Positions 57,862 to 64,000 of a stretch of DNA of 64,000 bases are shown here, piece by piece. Position 1 is the stretch's first letter; each line of letters begins with the position of its first letter. This stretch comes from Aigarchaeota archaeon (GTDB lineage Archaea; Thermoproteota; Nitrososphaeria_A; Caldarchaeales; Calditenuaceae): positions 533,646-597,645 of the forward strand of contig JANXDH010000004.1 of assembly GCA_025059745.1 (NCBI GenBank), given 5' to 3'. The notes under the pieces were generated by a model. That model saw only the letters and a list, made by a program, of their open reading frames with translations, ran no database searches and had not been told where the DNA came from. Position numbers and translations under genes: made by a program.

Positions 57862-58914
57862 TTGGGTAAGTTAAAGGCCGCAGTTCTCGGTGCGACTGGC
57901 ATGGTCGGCCAGATCTATCTCCAGCTCCTCTCAAGACATCCGTGGTTCGAGCTCTCAGCGGTCACAGGCAAGTCTAACGTGGGCAAGAAGCTGGTAGAAG
58001 CCTACAGGGGTAAGGGGTGGGTACCTCCTGAGTACGCCGACATCGAGGTGTTGCCCACAGACCCATCGAAGGTCGACGCTGACGTGGTCTTCAGCAGCCT
58101 ACCGACACCTGTAGCGAGGGAGGTCGAACCTAAGTTCGCGGAGGCCGGTCTTCCAGTGGTGAGCGATGCGTCCGCGTACAGGATGGCACCAGACGTACCG
58201 CTCATAGTCCCGGAGATAAATGAGGATCACCTGGCATTGATAGAGTTACAGAAGAGGAACAGGCGATGGGACGGTTACATAGTGACCACTCCGAACTGCA
58301 CTACTGTCGGACTCGTCATGCCATTGAAAGCGCTACACGACGCGTTCACTCTCAGGTACGTCAACGCGGTCTCCATGCAAGCCGTATCCGGCGCAGGGTA
58401 CGCAGGTGTACCATCGATAGCCATAATGGGGAACATCATACCGTATATAGACGGTGAGGAGAGAAAGGTCATCGAGGAGCCGAGGAAGATACTGGGCACT
58501 CTAAAGGACGGCAACATCATACCCGCTGAGGTGTCTATCGACGCTACCTGCACGAGGGTGCCGACTCTTTACGGACACCTGATATCCGTTACCGCGGAGC
58601 TTGAGCGCGACTTCACTATCGATCGTGTCGTAGACTCTTTCAGTTCGTTCAAGGGTAAGCCCCAGTTACTCGAGCTGCCGACCGCACCATCAAGACCGAT
58701 CGTGGTTCTAACTGAGGATGATAGACCCCAACCGAGGATTGACGTAGAAGTCGGTGACGTAAAGGGGATGAGCGTCTCGGTAGGCAGGATAAGGAAGGGC
58801 GTGAACGAGAGAACGCTCCTGTTCGTCACTTTGAGTCATAACCTGATAAGGGGCGCTGCCGGTATAGCGATACTGACTGCTGAACTCTTAAAAGTCGGTG
58901 GGTGGTTGGATTAG
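57862..58914 (+). CDS. asd: Aspartate-semialdehyde dehydrogenase (archaeal type)
   Basis: LGATGMVGQ, PLIVPEIN, TPNCTT, MQAVSGAG, CTRVP, HNLIRGAAG. Confidence 0.95.
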   Translation: MGKLKAAVLGATGMVGQIYLQLLSRHPWFELSAVTGKSNVGKKLVEAYRGKGWVPPEYADIEVLPTDPSKVDADVVFSSLPTPVAREVEPKFAEAGLPVVSDASAYRMAPDVPLIVPEINEDHLALIELQKRNRRWDGYIVTTPNCTTVGLVMPLKALHDAFTLRYVNAVSMQAVSGAGYAGVPSIAIMGNIIPYIDGEERKVIEEPRKILGTLKDGNIIPAEVSIDATCTRVPTLYGHLISVTAELERDFTIDRVVDSFSSFKGKPQLLELPTAPSRPIVVLTEDDRPQPRIDVEVGDVKGMSVSVGRIRKGVNERTLLFVTLSHNLIRGAAGIAILTAELLKVGGWLD

Positions 58915-58915
58915 T

Positions 58916-59704
58916 ATGGTCTCAGGGAAACAGGTCAGGCTCTCGAGACTCACCGAGAACGGCAAGATGTTGTGCGTGCCCATGGACCACGGAGTCTCCT
59001 CGGGGCCCCTGAAGGGTCTGGATAAGATTTACAGGACGATAGAGCGTATCGAGGCCGGCGGCGCCACGGCCGTGCTCTTCCAGAAGGGCATAATCAAACA
59101 CATGCCGAGACCCCCGAAAATAGGGTTCATCGTACACGTCTCAGCGAGCACCTCGATGGGACCCGATCCCAACTGGAAGGTCAGGGTGAGCGGTGCTGAG
59201 CATGTAGTGAAGCTAGGAGCAGACGGGTTATCCGTTCACATAAACGTGGGCAGCAAGATGGAGGCCGATATGTTGAGGAAGCTCGGTGAGCTGGCGGACG
59301 AGTGCGATTCTTGGCAGCTACCGTTCATCGCTATGATGTACCCGAGGGGGGAGGGAGTGAAGAACCCGAACGATCCTGAGGTGCTAGCGCACGTGGCGAG
59401 GGTGGGGGCCGAGTTAGGGGCCGATCTAGTCAAGGTGCCTTATACTGGCGACGAGTACACGTTCAAGAGAGTCGTGGAGTCGTGTCCCTCACCCATAGTA
59501 GTGGCCGGAGGCCCGAAGATGGACAACGATCTGGACGTCCTCAGGATAGCTAGGGGAGCGATCAACGCGGGTGCGGTCGGGGTGACTATCGGTCGTAACG
59601 TATTCATGCACGATCGGCCCGAGGTCATAATGAGGGCACTGAGGGCGATAGTCATAGAGGACAAGGAGGTCGAAGAGGCGGCTGAGTTAGTTGCGATCAA
59701 GTAG
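58916..59704 (+). CDS. 2-amino-3,7-dideoxy-D-threo-hept-6-ulosonate (ADH) synthase, class I aldolase (AroA')
   Basis: VPMDHGVSSGP, HVSAST, MMYPRG, RVGAELGADLVK, AGGPK, GRNVF; operon context. Confidence 0.88.
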   Translation: MVSGKQVRLSRLTENGKMLCVPMDHGVSSGPLKGLDKIYRTIERIEAGGATAVLFQKGIIKHMPRPPKIGFIVHVSASTSMGPDPNWKVRVSGAEHVVKLGADGLSVHINVGSKMEADMLRKLGELADECDSWQLPFIAMMYPRGEGVKNPNDPEVLAHVARVGAELGADLVKVPYTGDEYTFKRVVESCPSPIVVAGGPKMDNDLDVLRIARGAINAGAVGVTIGRNVFMHDRPEVIMRALRAIVIEDKEVEEAAELVAIK

Positions 59705-60680
59705 CAGGGAGGTCGTAATCGAGGTCAACGGACCTCAAGAGGCGCTCGAGGCGTACAACAACGGCGCTACGGCCATACTCTGCGACCCATCGGACGTCCC
59801 AAGCGAGCTGAAGGGCAAGATCAAGGTGTATGACAGGCGTGAGCTTAAGTTCGTCAACGTCAAGTCGCAGGACGACGTACTAAGACTCGAGCAGCTGGTG
59901 AGGGGCGGGTCAACTTCACTGATCGTCGAGCCCGAGGACCTCAAGGTCATCCCTCTCGAGAACGTGGTAGCAGTACTTCAGCGCACAGACGCGAGGCTCT
60001 TCGCGCGTGCCTCATCGGTCGAGGAGGTAGAGACCCTTTTGGGCATACTCGAGAGGGGCGTAGACGGCGTAGTCTACAGGCCGAGGGACTGGCACGAGGT
60101 AAAGGTAATAGACGAGGTGGTGAGGACCCCCACTTCTCTCGAACTCAGACCTGCGAGGGTGGTGGAGGTCGTCCCTACTGGGATGGGTGATCGTGCGTGC
60201 GTGGACACCTCGTCGATGCTAAGGATGGGCGAGGGGATGTTGGTCGGCAGCATGTCTAGAATGCTCTTCCTCGTCCACAGCGAGGTCATCGGTTCCAAGT
60301 TCACCCCTCCCAGACCCTTCAGGGTAAACGCCGGAGCCGTCCACATGTACACCCTGATGCCCAAGGGAGTTACCAGGTACCTCTCCGAGATAACCTCTGG
60401 TCAGCGCGTGCTCGTGGTGGACTGGAGGGGGAAGTCAAGGGTCGTCTCAGTAGGGCGGGTCAAGATAGAGAGGAGGCCCATGGCAATGGTAGTGGCCGAG
60501 ATAGACAAAGTGAGGGGCGCGGCTATACTCCAGCTAGCGGAGACTATCAGGCTCGTCGACCCCAAGGGCTCCCCAATCGAGGTCACAAGTCTCAAGGGGG
60601 GCGAGGAGGTTATGGTCCACCTCTCGCGCCCAGCAAGGCACATGGGGATCGACGTCGAGGAATCGATCGATGAGGTCTGA
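59691..60680 (+). CDS. 3-dehydroquinate synthase II (AroB')
   Basis: IPLENVVA, LERGVDGV, GDRACVDT, RPFRVNAGAVH, YLSE, GRVKIERRP, AETIRL, ARH.G. Confidence 0.93.
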   Translation: MRSSSREVVIEVNGPQEALEAYNNGATAILCDPSDVPSELKGKIKVYDRRELKFVNVKSQDDVLRLEQLVRGGSTSLIVEPEDLKVIPLENVVAVLQRTDARLFARASSVEEVETLLGILERGVDGVVYRPRDWHEVKVIDEVVRTPTSLELRPARVVEVVPTGMGDRACVDTSSMLRMGEGMLVGSMSRMLFLVHSEVIGSKFTPPRPFRVNAGAVHMYTLMPKGVTRYLSEITSGQRVLVVDWRGKSRVVSVGRVKIERRPMAMVVAEIDKVRGAAILQLAETIRLVDPKGSPIEVTSLKGGEEVMVHLSRPARHMGIDVEESIDEV

Positions 60681-61395
60681 CGTACTGGAGAGGATCTGCC
60701 TCTCTATAAGGGAGTCCTCAGTTAGGGGTTTTGAGGAGAAACTCAGGAGAGCTCATGACCTAGATCCCGTGATGGTTGAGCTGAGGCTCGATGACTTGTC
60801 TCTTGACGAGTCGAGGGAGGCCCTGTCTCTGGCATCGGAGTATCCAGTAAAAGTCATCGCCACCATCAGGTCAGTCAGAGAGGGAGGTGGCTTCAGGGGA
60901 GACGACGAGACGATGATCAAATCGTTGAGGGAACTCTCTGGTCGTGCGGACCTCGTAGACGTCGAGTACAGGCTGTGCGAATTCGATCCGAGGATCGTAG
61001 ATCATCTGAGGTCGAACGGAGCGATGGTGATCGCGTCCAGACACGTCTTGACTCCGATTCTCAAGATTGACCAGATCTCGGAGCTAGCGGAGGAGATGAG
61101 GAGGGTGGCAGACCTGGTCAAGGTGGTCTATACTGCCACCAACACGGTCGTGGCCTTGGGGATCATCGATCTATATGCCAAGGAGTGGGCCAAGGGTAGG
61201 TTGATCTCCTTCTGCATGGGCGAGAGGTGGTCTCTCACGAGGCCCCTCAGCGTCATACTGGGTGCCCCGTTCACCTACGCGTCTCTAGATAATGAGCCGA
61301 CAGGACCTGGACAGCTGAGCTTCACCGAGCTTTTACACTCAATAGAGAAGCTGATGGTGATGCCGAGGATTGCCCCTGATAGGCATCATAGGTAA
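60670..61395 (+). CDS. aroD: 3-dehydroquinate dehydratase type I
   Basis: VELRLD, TIRSVREGG, DVE, SRH, VKV, FCMG, FTYA, PGQ. Confidence 0.9.
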   Translation: MRSDVLERICLSIRESSVRGFEEKLRRAHDLDPVMVELRLDDLSLDESREALSLASEYPVKVIATIRSVREGGGFRGDDETMIKSLRELSGRADLVDVEYRLCEFDPRIVDHLRSNGAMVIASRHVLTPILKIDQISELAEEMRRVADLVKVVYTATNTVVALGIIDLYAKEWAKGRLISFCMGERWSLTRPLSVILGAPFTYASLDNEPTGPGQLSFTELLHSIEKLMVMPRIAPDRHHR

Positions 61396-62203
61396 CCCAG
61401 TGACACACTCGCTCTCTCCCGCGATTCACAACGCGATGTTCTGGGAGATGGGGCTTCCATACTTCTACGTGGCGATAGAGTTGCAGAGCCCCTCAGTCGA
61501 TGATCTGAGGTCTCTCCTAAGATTTATGGGGTTCAGGGGTTTTAACGTCACAATACCCTACAAGGAGGAGGCCGCGAGGCTGGTAGATCGACTGTCCGAT
61601 GAGGCGTCGGCCGCCGGTGCGATCAACACGGTCGTTGTGGAGGACGGTGAACTCCACGGTTACAATACGGACATCGATGGGATCGTATACGCCGCGGAGA
61701 GCATCAACGTTCGGCGGGTCGAGAACGCGATGGTCCTCGGTGCGGGTGGGACAGCGCGGGCTGCACTCCTCTCGTTGATGAAGATGAACGTGGGGAGAAT
61801 CCTGATAGCCAACAGGACCCTCAGCAGGGCCGAGAGACTATCTGTTGAGTTCGGTAGGCTAGGAATGGATGTAAGAGCTATCCCTCTCGAGGAGGCTCGA
61901 GACCATCTAAAGGGAATCGAGCTAGTGGTGAACACAACCTCGGTCGGTCTGAAGAAGGAGGACCGTCCTCTGCTCGACTCGGAGAGTCTCAGGAGCGTGA
62001 GGTATCTGATAGACGTCGTATACTCACCTTCAGGTACGGCTCTCCTGAGAGAGGGGAGTGCAGCCGGGTGTAGGGTCTCTGACGGGATAAAGGTCCTCAT
62101 CGGTCAGGCCGTCCGTTCTTTCGAGCTCTGGACCGGTCAAAAGCCCGATCCAATATTTATGGAGAAGATCGCTAGGGCTAGACTGGAATCGGTGTGGAGG
62201 TGA
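61370..62203 (+). CDS. aroE: Shikimate dehydrogenase
   Basis: HSLSPAIHN, NVTIPYK, AINT, NTD, GAGGTARA, NRT, DVVY, GQA..FELWTG. Confidence 0.95.
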   Translation: MPLIGIIGNPVTHSLSPAIHNAMFWEMGLPYFYVAIELQSPSVDDLRSLLRFMGFRGFNVTIPYKEEAARLVDRLSDEASAAGAINTVVVEDGELHGYNTDIDGIVYAAESINVRRVENAMVLGAGGTARAALLSLMKMNVGRILIANRTLSRAERLSVEFGRLGMDVRAIPLEEARDHLKGIELVVNTTSVGLKKEDRPLLDSESLRSVRYLIDVVYSPSGTALLREGSAAGCRVSDGIKVLIGQAVRSFELWTGQKPDPIFMEKIARARLESVWR

Positions 62204-62210
62204 GAGGTGT

Positions 62211-63503
62211 TTGTCCGTCCGCGAATCCGTCCATATAGAGTCAAAGGGACCCGTCTCCGGAACTGTTAAGGCCCCGCCGAGTAAGAGTTACTCTCATAGG
62301 GCCGTTATGGTCGGGATGCTGGCGGACGGTGAGTCGAGGATAATTAACGCCTCGTTCAGTAGAGACGTCTTGGCGACGATGAACGCTGCAATAAAGTTCG
62401 GCGCAGGCCTGAAGGTACACGAGTCGGAGCTCTCGGTGGTCGGAGTCGCGAGGCCATCAATACCTGACGACGTGATAGACGCCATGAACTCTGGCACCAC
62501 GATCAGGGTCATGACCGCGATCGCAGGACTGGTCGAGAACGGATACACGATACTGACGGGAGACGAGAGTCTCAGGAGGAGGCCTATGGGACCCCTTTTG
62601 GACGCCATGAACGAGCTCGGCGTGATGGCGCTGTCGTCGAGGGGGAACGGCTGTCCTCCCGTGATAGTGAAGGGTGGAGATATGGGAGGTGAATGCAGGA
62701 TAAGGGGTGACGTCAGTAGCCAGTTCATCAGCGGTCTGCTCATCGCGGGCCCTAGGTCAAGACGGGGACTCGCGGTGAACGTATTAGGGGATCTGGTCTC
62801 GAGACCTTACATCGATGCGACACTATACGTCCAGTCCGCGTTTGGATATAGGTCCATCGAGAACCGGGGGTACGCGCAGTTCAGAGTTTGGCCTGGAGGT
62901 TACTCGGCCACAGAGTTCGAGGTTCCGGGCGATTACGGACTGGCGTCCTTCCTCATGATAGCCCCTCTATTCGCAGGTGGACGAGTCGAGGTTCTAAACT
63001 TATCTGAGGGTCCCCCCCAAGCGGATTACAGAATCGTCGAGATACTAAGAAAGATGGGGGCTAACGTCGAGGTGATGAGGGACAGGGTAGTGGTTGAAGA
63101 GTCGGAGCTGAGAGGCATCGAGGTGAACCTTCAAGACGCACCTGACTTACTACCCGTGATCTCCGTTACGGCTTGTAGGGCCCGCGGTACTACCGTTATA
63201 AGGGGTGTGAGACACGCGAGGTATAAGGAGACCGACAGGTTGAGCATAATATCGTCTGAATTAGGGAAGGTCGGCGCGAAGGTCACAGAGTTGGAGGACG
63301 GGCTGATAATCGAGCCACCTGTGAGGGTGAAGACGGGGGCCCTTGACCCGAGGGGTGATCACAGACTTTTTATGGCGTTCGCTATACTTGCGTTGGCTTG
63401 TGAGGGAGGCATGACCGTACTGGACCCCTCGTCTGCTTCTGTATCGTACCCCAGTTTTATATCGGACCTCACAATGATAGGAGCTGGTGTGAGCTACACT
63501 TGA
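62211..63503 (+). CDS. aroA: EPSP synthase
   Basis: PPSKSYSHRA, NSGTT, RRPM, SSQFISGLL, SRPYI, KETDR, DHR. Confidence 0.96.
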   Translation: MSVRESVHIESKGPVSGTVKAPPSKSYSHRAVMVGMLADGESRIINASFSRDVLATMNAAIKFGAGLKVHESELSVVGVARPSIPDDVIDAMNSGTTIRVMTAIAGLVENGYTILTGDESLRRRPMGPLLDAMNELGVMALSSRGNGCPPVIVKGGDMGGECRIRGDVSSQFISGLLIAGPRSRRGLAVNVLGDLVSRPYIDATLYVQSAFGYRSIENRGYAQFRVWPGGYSATEFEVPGDYGLASFLMIAPLFAGGRVEVLNLSEGPPQADYRIVEILRKMGANVEVMRDRVVVEESELRGIEVNLQDAPDLLPVISVTACRARGTTVIRGVRHARYKETDRLSIISSELGKVGAKVTELEDGLIIEPPVRVKTGALDPRGDHRLFMAFAILALACEGGMTVLDPSSASVSYPSFISDLTMIGAGVSYT

Positions 63504-64000
63504 CCGGCAACGTTCTGGGCGAGAGGTTCGTTGTGATGAGCTTCGGGGAGAGCCACGGTGCTTGCGTGGGCGCGCTAATAGATGGCTGTCCGGCAGGTCT
63601 GCCCATATCAGTTGAGGACATACAGAGACAACTCGATCTCAGGAGGCCAGGCCAGTCACTCGTCACCACCCAGAGGAGAGAGCGCGATGAGGTCGAGATA
63701 CTCACCGGAGTCTTCAACGGATACACGACAGGTGCACCTATCCTGATGATAACGCGGAACAAGGACGTGGACTCAACGAGTTACCTCAAACTCAGGGACA
63801 CCCCGAGGCCGAGTCATGCTGACTTCTTCGCGCACGTGAAGTACGGCGGTTTCAACGACTGGAGGGGCGGCGGTCGCTTCTCAGGCAGGGTGACGGTGAC
63901 CTACACGATGGCGGGCGCACTAGCCCTCAAGCTGTTGAACGTTTATCTGGGCATCGATGTGATCGCGTACACTAAACAGATCGGTGAACTCAAGGTCACG
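63500..64000 (+). CDS. aroC: Chorismate synthase, N-terminal part; runs off the right edge
   Basis: Not in the ORF track. From TTG 63500: MTGNVLGERFVVMSFGESHG...DGCPAG...RRPGQS...TTGAPI...PRPSHADF...RGGGRFSGR. Confidence 0.95.
   Translation, partial: MTGNVLGERFVVMSFGESHGACVGALIDGCPAGLPISVEDIQRQLDLRRPGQSLVTTQRRERDEVEILTGVFNGYTTGAPILMITRNKDVDSTSYLKLRDTPRPSHADFFAHVKYGGFNDWRGGGRFSGRVTVTYTMAGALALKLLNVYLGIDVIAYTKQIGELKVT

Noticed and set aside
1290-63762. Numerous 60-250 aa alternative-frame and antisense ORFs (e.g. 1914-2534, 12018-12782, 45115-45726, 56928-57458)
   Set aside because: These are shadows of well-supported genes, caused by codon bias; they are Ser/Thr- or Arg/Pro-rich with no motifs.
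1-64000. tRNA, rRNA, CRISPR arrays, transposases/integrases, defence systems
   Set aside because: No cloverleaf/T-loop signature, spaced direct repeats or mobile-element motifs were seen in intergenic gaps by eye; tRNAscan/Infernal were not run.

Overview
Densely coding archaeal chromosome segment. Evidence for archaea: TFB, Cdc48, TiaS, Dph2, Csl4, Rpo11/Rpo10, TFS, Pth2, GHMP-type shikimate kinase and two PurP-like genes. Gene content and the TatA tail suggest a thermophilic, probably aerobic Nitrososphaerota/Aigarchaeota-type lineage; this is an inference from CtaB, PCuAC and a cupredoxin. No rRNA, tRNA, CRISPR or mobile element was recognised, and most genes are housekeeping. Five observations stand out. 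(1) An unannotated 24-codon Tyr/Phe-rich leader ORF (57733-57807, MGADLRYTLGFTSDGRAYFYTDAP) with mutually exclusive RNA helices lies directly upstream of the asd-aroA'-aroB'-aroD-aroE-aroA-aroC operon, a candidate archaeal ribosome-dependent attenuator. (2) A cluster of gnd, a cyclase-family hydrolase, an F420-dependent FGD-family dehydrogenase and a tandem-SIS isomerase may form an F420-linked oxidative pentose phosphate route. (3) A lipoyl-carrier (GcvH/LbpA-like)-TusA fusion is encoded with a rhodanese and an ABC-2 exporter. (4) Heme O synthase sits between the ATPase and permease genes of an ABC-2 exporter. (5) The second purP gene probably starts at CTG. All product calls come from motif recognition by eye; no database searches or folding programs were run.
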